64,000 bases of DNA from Patescibacteria group bacterium (GTDB taxonomy: Bacteria; Patescibacteriota; Minisyncoccia; Phycocordibacterales; JAKAEA01): the NCBI GenBank assembly GCA_040387855.1, contig JAZKCY010000001.1:782922-846921 (forward strand), given 5' to 3'. Every line of letters begins with the position of its first letter. The first letter of the stretch is position 1. A program made the position numbers and the translations under genes. This document shows positions 22,005 to 32,486 of the stretch, one piece after another. The notes beneath the pieces are model-generated. The model worked only from the letters and a program-made list of their open reading frames with translations, had not been told where the DNA came from and did no database searches.

Positions 22005-22134
22005 AAAAAGCAGGATTTTATTCCTGCTTTAAGTTTGTATAGTTTTGGTTGCGTCCACGAATGGCCGACGGGGCTAGCTCCATATAAACAAATGTATTGT
22101 GAGTGCGGCCATCAGCCATTCCTAGAAACAACTC
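22005..22134 (-). ncRNA. Candidate small RNA 2 (long hairpin plus terminator; may encode a 33- or 21-aa peptide)
   Basis: Promoter TTGTAC-17-TACAAT (22168-22140); 13-bp stem GAAUGGCUGAUGG/CCGUCGGCCAUUC with G-U pairs only on the minus strand; terminator 22005-22030. Confidence 0.55.
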
Positions 22135-22185
22135 TCAGTATTGTATCTGATCATATGGAAATGTACAATATGTATTTCCCCAAAA

Positions 22186-22255
22186 ACACAAAATCCTGCC
22201 GAAGCAGGACAATGTGACATTTGTTTATCAGAGCTAACACTTGTTAGCACTCACC
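22186..22255 (-). ncRNA. Candidate small RNA 1 (~70 nt), complementary to RNA 2
   Basis: Promoter TTGACT-16-(TGC)TATACT (22288-22261); 5' hairpin; UCCUGC-UUCG-GCAGGA-UUUU terminator. Confidence 0.6.
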
Positions 22256-22293
22256 CATGTAGTATAGCACTCGGATATTTTCAGTCAAGAAAA

Positions 22294-24522
22294 TTATGGC
22301 TTCACAGGATTTTTTCCTGCCCGAATATCTTTAATGTAGAGATCACCTTGTTCTTTAAATGTAGGATCAAGTTCTACGGCTTTTTGAATTTCAATAACAG
22401 CACTCTTTGTATCATTTAAGTAGAGATGTGCAGCTGCTAATGAAAGACGAGCTTTTGCATTCATTGGGTCTTTTGCAACACGTGTCTTCCATATTTCTAA
22501 GATCTTATCGAATTTCTGTTTTTCAAAATAAGCTTGAAGTAAGGTATCATTCCCTGCAATAAATTCTGGTGTGAATGTGCTAATCAGTTCTTGTGTCAAT
22601 TTTTCTTCGCCTGCATATATTGCTGCAGCTGCGTATGTTAGTCGAGCATCATCAAATTGCGGTGCCAATTCGTATGCCTGTTTGAAAAGAGGTAATGCTT
22701 TCTCGTAATCTTTTTTTGCAATATATGTAGCTCCAAGCTGGAATAATATTACTTGTTTACGTGGAGATAGTTTTTGTGCTTCTGTGAGGTATACAATCGC
22801 ATCATCATGTCGAGCTACACGATCACTAAAGCCTCCCATAATTACATATGCTCGTGCATCCTTTGGTGTTTCAGCAATCTGATTCTTTCCTTCTGCAAAG
22901 GCTAGTGCAAAAATATCAGTATTTCCTTTTATTTGATAAGGAGACATATGAATCCGTTCTGCAGTAGTTAACAATTGTTCTCGTACTTCTTGAGTACCAA
23001 TTGAACGATATGCGAGTGCTTTCCTAAAATATTCAATGTTTGGTGCTACATCACCGTTAAATGGCACAACATCATTTCCATTACGTACGGTTGCTCCTTG
23101 CTGTGAAATAGCTTGAATTAAATTAAGGTTTGTTCTAATAGATGGAACATTCACAAAGTAAATCATTGCAATTGTTGCAACAAGAGCTACTGGAGCAATA
23201 ATTCTATTTTTCTCAAATACATCATGTGTCTGCTTTGGTAGACTCTTTTGAGTTATATATGCAGCAAGAGTGAAAAAGAAAATATAACTAATCAAATTAT
23301 CGAATACAGCAATATTGTGAATAAAGTATGCGGTAAGCAATCCTGTAAGCACACTCTTCTCAGCAACAGTAAACACTGATTCTTTTCGCCATATGTACCA
23401 TAGTAAGGCTGCATATATTCCTAAGTATGATAGAAGTCCCAATATACCTCCAGCAATAAGCCAATCAAAAATCACATTGTGAGTACGATCAAACCACTGT
23501 TCCTGACCGTAGAGTTCCGGATTGTAATTTGTGTTGAACACATAATTAAAATTTTCTTGACCCCATCCAAAAACTGGTCGTTCTTTAAAGCCCTCGATCG
23601 CCATATTCCAAAGTAACAGTCGAGATTTTGTCGTAGTGTCACTGAGTGAAATTGAGGCAAAACGCTGAAGCTGTGGGTTATTTTGAACAAATGAAGTATT
23701 ACGAACGAGAATAAATCCACCGACAATAACTATTGTTGCAATGAGAATACCTCCAGCAGTTCTTCGGAGTAGTGATTTTCGTGCACCTAAGATAAGGAGC
23801 AATATACAGGTAAATAACACTCCTACAACAAGACCAATCAACGCACCTCGAGTCTCAGTTCTATAAAGAATAAAACTTTGCACGAGAATAATTGCTGCTC
23901 CAACAAGTATCTTAGCCTGACGATTGATCCATGTTATACCAAAAAGATTATATCGTCTTGATACTACAAGGTACGCGGTTATAAAAATATGAATTAAAAG
24001 ATATACGGCTAGATATGAAGCATTACCAAGTGTTGCATCAAGTCGATCACCTTGGTGAGTCTCATACATACCAGTAAGCTGCATTACGCCGTAAAAACAC
24101 ATCAGAACACTTGCAGCTATAGTCGTATTCCAAAACCAATTCCAAATTTTCTCGCTCTGAATTACAGTACTTACAACAAGAAAATAGGCCCCAAGATGGA
24201 GAAGTCCAATCAATCCTTCCATTCGTTCAAAGTTTGACCAAAAACTTTTAAATGGATTCAGCCCGGTTGCATCAGCAATAGCCATTACTCCGAGAAGTGC
24301 TCCCACTGCAATAAGTGTAAATGATTTTTGTGGGCGATACCGTTTATCTGTTACCGCTAGAATAAGCCATGCTCCAAAAAGAATTTCTACGAGAATTCTA
24401 AATACGAAACCTTTCCCTGTAATAAATGGGAAGAATAATGAGTTAGTAACTATGAATGGAATAATCAACACCAAAAAGATACCACCAATAATGCTATTCC
24501 GAAGTATTGTATTAATAGTCAT
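22294..24522 (-). CDS. O-antigen ligase/O-oligosaccharyltransferase-like (Wzy_C) membrane protein with C-terminal TPRs
   Basis: Many TM segments, TLGNASY, TRGA, FGWGQENF, DRTHN; TPR-like C-terminus. Confidence 0.88.
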   Translation of the reverse strand: MTINTILRNSIIGGIFLVLIIPFIVTNSLFFPFITGKGFVFRILVEILFGAWLILAVTDKRYRPQKSFTLIAVGALLGVMAIADATGLNPFKSFWSNFERMEGLIGLLHLGAYFLVVSTVIQSEKIWNWFWNTTIAASVLMCFYGVMQLTGMYETHQGDRLDATLGNASYLAVYLLIHIFITAYLVVSRRYNLFGITWINRQAKILVGAAIILVQSFILYRTETRGALIGLVVGVLFTCILLLILGARKSLLRRTAGGILIATIVIVGGFILVRNTSFVQNNPQLQRFASISLSDTTTKSRLLLWNMAIEGFKERPVFGWGQENFNYVFNTNYNPELYGQEQWFDRTHNVIFDWLIAGGILGLLSYLGIYAALLWYIWRKESVFTVAEKSVLTGLLTAYFIHNIAVFDNLISYIFFFTLAAYITQKSLPKQTHDVFEKNRIIAPVALVATIAMIYFVNVPSIRTNLNLIQAISQQGATVRNGNDVVPFNGDVAPNIEYFRKALAYRSIGTQEVREQLLTTAERIHMSPYQIKGNTDIFALAFAEGKNQIAETPKDARAYVIMGGFSDRVARHDDAIVYLTEAQKLSPRKQVILFQLGATYIAKKDYEKALPLFKQAYELAPQFDDARLTYAAAAIYAGEEKLTQELISTFTPEFIAGNDTLLQAYFEKQKFDKILEIWKTRVAKDPMNAKARLSLAAAHLYLNDTKSAVIEIQKAVELDPTFKEQGDLYIKDIRAGKNPVKP

Positions 24523-24599
24523 AATAGTGAGACTATATCAGATAACACTATACAGAGCTACTTCAAATAATGGAATAACAACACTATTTACTATATAGT

Positions 24600-25859
24600 A
24601 TGATCATGAATACTTTTCTCGATTGGCTCCAACGAAGACTCAAAACTGATGTACGATACCTTGCTTCAGGTAGCTTTTGGCTCAACCTCAATTTTGTTAT
24701 AACTTCGCTCTTCTCATTTTTACTTTCAATAGCCTTTGCACACTTTGTTCCAAAAGATGTGTACGGTACGTTTCATTACATTATTTCTCTTGGAGGAATC
24801 ATCACTGCCCTCACCCTTTCAGGGATGAACTCTGCAGTTGTACTTGCTGTTGCACAAAATAATGAAGGTACTTTTAAACGCTCAATAATTGCTCAAGCAA
24901 AATGGAGTGTTGTTCCATTTATAGTAGCACTCTGTATGAGTGGGTATTATTTTTATAACAATAATACTATTCTTGCCATCTCTTTAATTATTATTTCTGT
25001 ACTAGTGCCTATTTCTTCTGTTGCAAATACTTACTCTGCCTTTCTCCATGGAAAAAAAGATTTCCGATCTAGTTTCTACTATGGGTTAATCATTAATGCT
25101 ATCTATTACGGAATTCTTTTTATTACTATTCTCTTTACCAACAATGTTCTCCTTATTTCGCTTGCATTCTTTATTGCTACAACTTTAGGAAATGTAGTTT
25201 CATATATTCTTACCTTTATTAAATATAAACCCAACAATCTTGTTGATGAAAAAAGTATTACCTATGGTAAGCATATGAGTGTGATGGGAGGATTTGGAAT
25301 GATTGCTAGTAAAATAGATAGTGTTCTTGTTTTCCATTATACGGGTGCCGTTGATCTCGCTATCTATACCTTTGCAAAAATCATTCCAGAGCGAGTTACC
25401 GGATTGTTTAAATCTGTAGGCTCAGTTGCATTGCCAAAATTCGCACAAAGGAATGAACAAGAAATACGAGCGACAGTCCTTCCTAAGACCATTCTGTTTG
25501 CTATTTTTATCTTTGTCTCATGTCTTTTCTATATACTTATTGCCCCATTTGTATTTAGAACATTTCTACCAAACTATGTAGATGCGATCGTATATACCCA
25601 AGTATTCTCACTTACTATTTTAATTGCAGCAGCAAACCTTCCAGTGTCAGCACTTATCGCTCACCGTTTGCAATCTCGACTCTATATATTCAATATAATA
25701 AATACGATCGTTCAAATCAGTGTTCTCTTTGTCCTTATCGTTCCCTTTGGAATTTGGGGAGCTGTCTATGCAAAGATAATCTTTAGTATCTTCTATGTAC
25801 TATTTGCCCTTGTGTTGTTTTTGATTCCTCACAAATCACAAGATCTAACTCTCAAATAG
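24600..25859 (+). CDS. wzx: Oligosaccharide flippase (Wzx family)
   Basis: ~12 TM segments, typical Wzx size and pattern, glycan-locus context. Confidence 0.8.
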   Translation: MIMNTFLDWLQRRLKTDVRYLASGSFWLNLNFVITSLFSFLLSIAFAHFVPKDVYGTFHYIISLGGIITALTLSGMNSAVVLAVAQNNEGTFKRSIIAQAKWSVVPFIVALCMSGYYFYNNNTILAISLIIISVLVPISSVANTYSAFLHGKKDFRSSFYYGLIINAIYYGILFITILFTNNVLLISLAFFIATTLGNVVSYILTFIKYKPNNLVDEKSITYGKHMSVMGGFGMIASKIDSVLVFHYTGAVDLAIYTFAKIIPERVTGLFKSVGSVALPKFAQRNEQEIRATVLPKTILFAIFIFVSCLFYILIAPFVFRTFLPNYVDAIVYTQVFSLTILIAAANLPVSALIAHRLQSRLYIFNIINTIVQISVLFVLIVPFGIWGAVYAKIIFSIFYVLFALVLFLIPHKSQDLTLK

Positions 25860-26825
25860 AATTTCTGACCCTGTATCAGTAAAGGTAAATGGAATCTCAC
25901 GAAGCTTAGAAAGTGCAGCTCGTAGTTTTTTATGATTTTTCTTTTCAGAATAGAATAAGAGGAACCCTCCACCACCTGCACCTAAAAGTTTTCCACCTAT
26001 CGCTCCGTTGTTTATACCAAGAGAATAATATTTATTTATAAGTTTATTGGAAATTGTATTTGCTAATGACTGCTTAAGTTCCCAACCAGTATGAAGCAGC
26101 TTTCCAAAAGCATGCAGATTTCCAGCTTCAAGGACAGCTTTGGTTTCATATGCAATTTCCACCATTCGTTTTGTAGCATCTATTGCATGAAAACTTGTCT
26201 GTAAATTTTCTTTTTGTTTTTCTAATATGGTATTAGCAGAACGAGTAATTCCTGTATAAAATAATAAGAGATTCTCTTCTAATTCTTTTTTTATTTTAGG
26301 CTGTATCCTTACGGGTTCAACAGTTACTTTCCCGTTCTTTAAAAACTTGTAGAGATTTAGCCCTCCATACGCTGCAGCATATTGGTCTTGCTTACCAATA
26401 GGTGAACCAAGCTTTTTAATTTCAGTCTCGCACGCTTTTTGTGCAAGCTGTTCTGGAGTTAGATGCTTTCCAAATTTGTATGTATGCAAAATATTGTGAA
26501 GTCCTACAGCAAAGGCACTTGAAGAACCTAGCCCAGTTTTACCAGGAATATCACCCATTGTTTCTATCCCAATTCCTGTGATCTTTAAATCAGTAATAAT
26601 TGATCGAGCTATACTATTCTTTATTTTTAAAACATTCTTTACGTTCTCGGTTTTACTATACTTAAGCAAAATTTTATCCTGCTCAAAGTTTTGATGCGCA
26701 GTTATATGAATGAATTTATCAATAGAAGTACTCACAACAGCTCCACCATATTTTTTGTAAAAATCTGGTAGATCAGATCCCCCACCAGCAAAACTAATTC
26801 TATAGGGTGTTCGGCTGAGTATCAT
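25845..26825 (-). CDS. hddA: GHMP sugar kinase, D-glycero-D-manno-heptose-7-phosphate 1-kinase-like
   Basis: TPYRISFAGGGSD, GLGSSS, GKQDQY, GGKLLGAGGGG. Confidence 0.88.
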   Translation of the reverse strand: MILSRTPYRISFAGGGSDLPDFYKKYGGAVVSTSIDKFIHITAHQNFEQDKILLKYSKTENVKNVLKIKNSIARSIITDLKITGIGIETMGDIPGKTGLGSSSAFAVGLHNILHTYKFGKHLTPEQLAQKACETEIKKLGSPIGKQDQYAAAYGGLNLYKFLKNGKVTVEPVRIQPKIKKELEENLLLFYTGITRSANTILEKQKENLQTSFHAIDATKRMVEIAYETKAVLEAGNLHAFGKLLHTGWELKQSLANTISNKLINKYYSLGINNGAIGGKLLGAGGGGFLLFYSEKKNHKKLRAALSKLREIPFTFTDTGSEILFES

Positions 26826-26892
26826 AGTGGATTACACATTACCACACTTAGTATTTTAGGGGTAGATGTGCTACATTAGCCATATAATTCAT

Positions 26893-27825
26893 ATGACATC
26901 TGATAAAAAAACAATCCTTGTAACAGGTGGTGCAGGTTTTATTGGTTCAAATACCGTAAATCTTTTATGTGATCAAGGTCATGCTGTTAGAGTAATTGAT
27001 GACCTCTCTTTTGGATACGAAGAATTCTTAGACCCACGAGCTACTTTTTTCAAAGGTTCACTTGCTAATAATGATGTGCTTGATAAAGCATTGTCGGGTG
27101 TGGATGTGGTTATGCACTTTGCAGCATCAAGTATTATTAAATTTTCTATAGATAATCCCCTCACCTATATTGAAAATAATATTGTAAACAGCACAAAACT
27201 TCTTGAAGGTATGCGACGAAATAATGTAAAAAAGATTGTATTCTCTTCTTCTGCATCTGTCTATGGTGAACCTTTAGAAATTCCTATTACTGAAAGTCAT
27301 CAAAAAAAGCCTCTGCAACCTTATGGCGCAAGTAAGATGGCATTTGAAGATATTTTGAGTGGCTATCATCACAGCTTTGGCATTGAGAGCGTTTCACTTA
27401 GATTTTTTAATGTGTATGGGCCTCGCGATGAGCAACAGCCGGCTACACGTGCAGTACCACTATGGATTAAAGCAATTCTTAGGAATGAGCCAGTTGGAGT
27501 CTACTGGAACGGTGATCAACTTCGTGATTATATTTTTGTGCGCGATGTAGCTCAAGCTCACAGTGATGTTATGAATCTGCCAGGTTGCAATGCATTTAAT
27601 ATTGGATCCGGCTCTGGAATTATAATGCGCGATCTTTTGGAAGAAATCGTAAAACTCACAGGCAGTACCTCTGAAATAAAAGATCTTGGAGAGCGCTTGG
27701 GAGACCCTGCAAAGCTTGTAGCTGATACGTCAGCAATACATAAAGCTGTTGGATGGAAACCCAAAGTTTCTCTTACTGAAGGTCTTCAAGAAGCAATAGC
27801 GTTTTACAAAAGCAGAATGAAATAA
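26893..27825 (+). CDS. NAD-dependent nucleotide-sugar epimerase/dehydratase
   Basis: TGGAGFIGS, SSSASVYG, YGASK, RFFNVYGP. Confidence 0.92.
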   Translation: MTSDKKTILVTGGAGFIGSNTVNLLCDQGHAVRVIDDLSFGYEEFLDPRATFFKGSLANNDVLDKALSGVDVVMHFAASSIIKFSIDNPLTYIENNIVNSTKLLEGMRRNNVKKIVFSSSASVYGEPLEIPITESHQKKPLQPYGASKMAFEDILSGYHHSFGIESVSLRFFNVYGPRDEQQPATRAVPLWIKAILRNEPVGVYWNGDQLRDYIFVRDVAQAHSDVMNLPGCNAFNIGSGSGIIMRDLLEEIVKLTGSTSEIKDLGERLGDPAKLVADTSAIHKAVGWKPKVSLTEGLQEAIAFYKSRMK

Positions 27826-27826
27826 T

Positions 27827-29035
27827 ATGAAAGCAGTTATTCTGTGTGGAGGATTGGGTACACGACTACGACCTCTTACCGATACAATTCCAAAAGTCAT
27901 GGTACCTATAGGCGGCAAACCGCTTATTCAACGTCATATAGAATGGCTTGTGGGGAATGGCATTCAAGATATTGGTATTAATCTTTTTTATTTACCTCAA
28001 GTTGTAAAAGATCATGTGAAAGATGGATCTCAGTGGGGAGCACGAATTCATTACTCTCATCAAGATACACTCTCAGGAACAGCTGGAGACTTTCGAGCTT
28101 TTAAAGATTTTGTGGGTGATCAACAGTGTCTTGTGATTTATGGTGATAATTTATTTTCTTTAGACCTGAATCATTTCAAAGAATTTCACGAAGCAAAAAA
28201 AGGAACAGCAACAATTGCCCTGCGTGAATGGGAAGATCCCACATCGAAAGGTATCGTTGGATTAGATAACGAGCAGAAAATTCTATGGTTTAAAGAAAAA
28301 CCAAAGCCTGAAGAAGTAACGAGTACTATTGGCAATGCTGCTATTTATATTCTCGAACCCGAATTATTTTCACATATTCCAGATACAGGAGAAGTAGACT
28401 TTGGTATGCATACCTTCCCTTCTCTATTAGAAAAAAATAAACATATCTATGGATATGTACTTTCTACGTATCACAAAGATATTGGTACGCATGAAGCATT
28501 ACAAGAGGCTCGAGAAGATATACAAAAAATATATCCACACAAAGCAGTATTTCTTGACCGCGATGGAGTATTAAATAAAAAACCTGCAGTATATGATTAT
28601 GTGAAAAGCTTTGAAGAATTTGAATGGAATCCTGGAGCGAAAGAACTTGTTAAGCAGATAAAAGAGCTTGGTTTTTTAGCTGTAGTCATTAGCAATCAAC
28701 AAGGCGTGGGACGTGGAAAAATGTCTGCTCAATTTGTGAACGAGCTTCATCAAAAGATGCAGCAAGATCTAGTAGAATATGGAACTTCAATAGATGGCTT
28801 CTATTTTTGTGGGCACTTACGATCAGATGGATGCACATGTCGGAAACCGCAGCCAGGAATGCTTTTTCGTGCAGCAGAGCAACATGGTATCAATCTTGAA
28901 AAGAGCTTTATGATTGGAGACACTATTACAGATATGGAAGCAGCCCGAAAAGCAGGCTGTACAGAAATCTTTATAGAAAGTGATACTATTAATAACGAAT
29001 TAGAAAAAATCCTAGAGATTCTAAAAAAGTCATAA
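27827..29035 (+). CDS. gmhB: Fusion: sugar-phosphate nucleotidyltransferase (HddC-like) + heptose-1,7-bisphosphate phosphatase (GmhB-like)
   Basis: GGLGTRLRPLT..PK; FLDRDGVLN, CGH...CTCRKP, MIGD...D. Confidence 0.9.
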   Translation: MKAVILCGGLGTRLRPLTDTIPKVMVPIGGKPLIQRHIEWLVGNGIQDIGINLFYLPQVVKDHVKDGSQWGARIHYSHQDTLSGTAGDFRAFKDFVGDQQCLVIYGDNLFSLDLNHFKEFHEAKKGTATIALREWEDPTSKGIVGLDNEQKILWFKEKPKPEEVTSTIGNAAIYILEPELFSHIPDTGEVDFGMHTFPSLLEKNKHIYGYVLSTYHKDIGTHEALQEAREDIQKIYPHKAVFLDRDGVLNKKPAVYDYVKSFEEFEWNPGAKELVKQIKELGFLAVVISNQQGVGRGKMSAQFVNELHQKMQQDLVEYGTSIDGFYFCGHLRSDGCTCRKPQPGMLFRAAEQHGINLEKSFMIGDTITDMEAARKAGCTEIFIESDTINNELEKILEILKKS

Positions 29036-29036
29036 T

Positions 29037-30116
29037 ATGATTATTCACATTGTATCTACTGTTCCCCAGGGTAATTCACTTTTTCGTAGAGCTTTAGACA
29101 AAGCAATTCGAATTACAGGAATTATACCTCCGCTTCATCGATATGGGATTGATGCTTTGATTCCTTGGAAAAAACCACTGCGCTCTCCTCATGCATCATC
29201 TCGAAATCTTTTGCATCATTTTAAAAAGCTTGGAAAAGTAAAATATTATAGTCTGTATGAAAAAGGAGTTATCAAGCTTGCACCTGATGATATTTTTCTA
29301 GGACAAATAGTGCCCGATGGCGGATTTACCTATGATTCACGACCACAGACAGATGATCACGCATCTATTACTTCTCGCACATTAAGAGAAAATCCGGACA
29401 ACCACAATAAATATCTCATAATTCCTTTTGCAAATGATAAAGCACTCTGGGGATGGTCAAAAGATATAGTAGAAAACCATGCTGATAAAGTAGTACTCAT
29501 TGCTGGGGAAATTTGGACTCGCAATTGGAAAGATGGAGTATATCCAAGTCTTGATCTAAAAAATGTTGTGCGCATAGATAACGGAATTGATCCATTAGAA
29601 TATCCCATAATTAAAAAGTCATTCAACAAACCTGAAAACAGAAAGTTCTTATATATTGGACATACTGCATTTTATAAGAATACTAAAGAACTTGAACGTA
29701 TAGCAGAACAAATGCCTGGATTTGTGGGAGGACACATTGGTCTAGGTAATGTAAAAGGCTGGAAAAAAATTGCAGACTTTGCAGATCTCACTCCAGAGTT
29801 CATGACAAAGATCGCAGAGGAATATGATATATTCGTGACAACGAGCTCAGCAGACGCTCAAGCTACTACTATTATGGAAAATATGTGTTTTGGCTTCCCT
29901 ATTGCTTGCACTCCAGAAACAGGATATGAATACCCATCAATTGTGAAGCTTGACACAACCAATACTGAAGCTAATATTAAGGCACTTACCATGTTAAAAA
30001 ACATGAGTGAGCCTGAATTAAAGGCACTCGTAGATGAAAACTTAAAAGTGATACAAAAATTCCATACATGGAATACCTACGTTACAACAATTTCAGATTT
30101 TATGAATTTAAAATAA
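29037..30116 (+). CDS. Putative GT-B glycosyltransferase
   Basis: FLYIGH, FVTTSSADAQATTIMENMCFGFP; context. Confidence 0.65.
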   Translation: MIIHIVSTVPQGNSLFRRALDKAIRITGIIPPLHRYGIDALIPWKKPLRSPHASSRNLLHHFKKLGKVKYYSLYEKGVIKLAPDDIFLGQIVPDGGFTYDSRPQTDDHASITSRTLRENPDNHNKYLIIPFANDKALWGWSKDIVENHADKVVLIAGEIWTRNWKDGVYPSLDLKNVVRIDNGIDPLEYPIIKKSFNKPENRKFLYIGHTAFYKNTKELERIAEQMPGFVGGHIGLGNVKGWKKIADFADLTPEFMTKIAEEYDIFVTTSSADAQATTIMENMCFGFPIACTPETGYEYPSIVKLDTTNTEANIKALTMLKNMSEPELKALVDENLKVIQKFHTWNTYVTTISDFMNLK

Positions 30117-30120
30117 TACA

Positions 30121-30726
30121 ATGGAAAAGAAATCCCTAGCCCTTGAAAGACAGTTGGTAAGTAAAGAACAGTTGAGAGAAATTGAACTGAGTATGATTCG
30201 ACAAGAGCATATCAAACGGTATGCGTCTATCAGACGTTTCTGCTACGGAAAAGTACTAGATTGCGCATGTGGATCAGGGTATGGTTCATTTCTTATTTCT
30301 GGAAATCCTGACGTAGAACACGTAACTGGTGCTGATATTAATGCAGAAGCAGTTGTGTGGGCACAAAAAGAATATGGTGACAAGAAAAATAAATTTATTG
30401 CTGCATCTGCTGACACAGTGAAAGGCAAATTTGATACCCTCGTAACCATTGAAACAATTGAACACATCAAAGATTCAAGTACAATCCCAACTCTTGTTGA
30501 GCGATGCAAAATAGATAATCTTATAATCTCATTCCCCGACAAAAAGACCATGCACTACAATACCCATCATATGCATGATTTTGTACGACAAGAAATTGTT
30601 GATCTTTTTCCTAATCATGTGGTCTATCACGTAATGCGATTTACTGATAGTACAACTCTGATGATGATCCGTCTTCCAAAAAAAGCCCCGCATGATCTGT
30701 TTAAGAATATCCGGGACATACACTAG
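30121..30726 (+). CDS. Class I SAM-dependent methyltransferase
   Basis: HIKRY, VLDCACGSGYGS, ETIEHI. Confidence 0.88.
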   Translation: MEKKSLALERQLVSKEQLREIELSMIRQEHIKRYASIRRFCYGKVLDCACGSGYGSFLISGNPDVEHVTGADINAEAVVWAQKEYGDKKNKFIAASADTVKGKFDTLVTIETIEHIKDSSTIPTLVERCKIDNLIISFPDKKTMHYNTHHMHDFVRQEIVDLFPNHVVYHVMRFTDSTTLMMIRLPKKAPHDLFKNIRDIH

Positions 30727-30744
30727 TCGAGAGTGTTTTAGTGA

Positions 30745-31392
30745 TTATTTAACAGCCTGAATATTGAGACTGATTAGGATATCTTTTCCACCTGCTTTCA
30801 TTACACGTGATGCTTTATCATCAAAATCTCGATGCTCTACTTTTGTGTAATCCCAAAGTGAAACATCTTTATATCCTAGTTCTTTAAGCAACGATCGCGC
30901 ATATGCTTCATTCCAAATAGTATGATGATCATCATACTCTCCATCTTGGCCCAATAATTGATTTACAATTGATTCCGTATTTTTACCTGACAAGGTATAC
31001 ACTTCTACTAAGGCATCAAAATTTGGCACTCCAAATCGTAATATTCCTCCAGGTTTTAATACACGCTTCCATTCTAAAAGTGTCTTCTTAAGATTTTTTC
31101 GTGGAAGATGTTCAACAACATGACTTGCATAGAGAAGATCTACTGAGTTATTTGGCAGCATTCCTAAGTCCTGAATATTTGCTATGTGGTGAATATGAGG
31201 TAAATAAATCGCATCAACATTTATATATTCTTCACTTGTGTTGATTCCTGCTCCCAAGTTTACATATACTTTACCATCTGCATTCTTAGGCAATTTTGGA
31301 CTTATAAGTCTTCGATAAAGATAGTGATATTTTCTCAATACTGATTTCTTTGTATTTCGGACAATTCGGGCAATTAATTTAAGTGTTTTCAT
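30745..31392 (-). CDS. SAM-dependent methyltransferase (type 11-like)
   Basis: VNLGAG, YASHVVEH, RVLKPGG. Confidence 0.85.
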   Translation of the reverse strand: MKTLKLIARIVRNTKKSVLRKYHYLYRRLISPKLPKNADGKVYVNLGAGINTSEEYINVDAIYLPHIHHIANIQDLGMLPNNSVDLLYASHVVEHLPRKNLKKTLLEWKRVLKPGGILRFGVPNFDALVEVYTLSGKNTESIVNQLLGQDGEYDDHHTIWNEAYARSLLKELGYKDVSLWDYTKVEHRDFDDKASRVMKAGGKDILISLNIQAVK

Positions 31393-31396
31393 AATA

Positions 31397-32485
31397 TTAT
31401 TTTGCTTGATTATAACACTCAGCCACTAACTGCGAAAGCTCTTTTCCCAGTACATCCGGTGTAAACGTTGATTGGCATAGAGCATACCCATTTTCGGCTA
31501 ATGATGCCTGTAATTGTGCATCCGATTTCAAATCGAGGATCTTATTAGCAAGATCATTAGGATCAGCCTTGTTACAAAACAGTACATTTTCTTTATCTGT
31601 AAATACATCTTGTACTCCAGTAGCTTGAGCTGTTATATACGGCAATCTCATCGCAAGAGACTCATACGATTTATGAGGTATGGTTCTTTCAAGTCGCACA
31701 TGATCAGCAAATTGACCCAAGCTCACATGACAACTCTGCATAAGCATTCGCAACTCTTCAAAAGAAAGGTACTTAGCGATGAATGTAATAGTAGAAATAT
31801 TTTGAGATTTTATATATTCTTCAATCCCTGTAGCACGAGCATCACTATTGGAAGTTGCAATAATTACATCAACATCATGAGCTTCTAAAATTCGCGCAGC
31901 ATCAACGATATGAGCAATCCCCGCTTCTTCCATAACTGTTCCTCTAAAAACTGCTGTAAACTTTTTTCTTTTTGAAGTTTCAATTGGATAGAAAACAGAA
32001 GTATCAACTCCAGTTAATACTCTAATAACTTTTTTCTGATCAAGATTAAATCGCTTAACAAAGAAATCTTTTTGAGGATTACTTTCAACTAAAACTTTAT
32101 GAGCACATTTTACGGCAAGCCAATCTATACATTTAATACTAGTCTTTTTAAACCACGACATTGGACGTGCAGTACGTGAGAGTACTTCAGCTTCATACAA
32201 GCTGCACAACGCATCAAATATGATAGGTTTTGAGCTTATGAGTCGTGCAAAGGGCACGGTTATGTATCCTGTGTACCCCACGATCAACACATCATAGTCA
32301 TTTCTTATTTTCCAATGTTTTTTAAATAACCTGAAAAATTTAAGTATGCCTCTACTATCATCTTGGCATTCAATAATATGAATTCCCTGTGCACGCAGAC
32401 CGTCTTGATAGATTTTATTACGAGAAAACTGGGATTTATAAATCCCAAAATAGCACACAGTAATTTTCTGAGATGATCCTTCCAT
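31397..32485 (-). CDS. Glycosyltransferase family 4
   Basis: GT-B pattern, TIPHKSYESLAM. Confidence 0.85.
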   Translation of the reverse strand: MEGSSQKITVCYFGIYKSQFSRNKIYQDGLRAQGIHIIECQDDSRGILKFFRLFKKHWKIRNDYDVLIVGYTGYITVPFARLISSKPIIFDALCSLYEAEVLSRTARPMSWFKKTSIKCIDWLAVKCAHKVLVESNPQKDFFVKRFNLDQKKVIRVLTGVDTSVFYPIETSKRKKFTAVFRGTVMEEAGIAHIVDAARILEAHDVDVIIATSNSDARATGIEEYIKSQNISTITFIAKYLSFEELRMLMQSCHVSLGQFADHVRLERTIPHKSYESLAMRLPYITAQATGVQDVFTDKENVLFCNKADPNDLANKILDLKSDAQLQASLAENGYALCQSTFTPDVLGKELSQLVAECYNQAK

Positions 32486-32486
32486 A

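Noticed and set aside
22048-22134. SRP (4.5S) RNA
   Set aside because: The long hairpin lacks the conserved helix-8 CAGG...GGAA...AGCAG motif.
22244-22272. CIRCE (HrcA) operator
   Set aside because: TTAGCACTC and ATAGCACTC are direct repeats, not the inverted TTAGCACTC-N9-GAGTGCTAA, and no chaperone gene follows.
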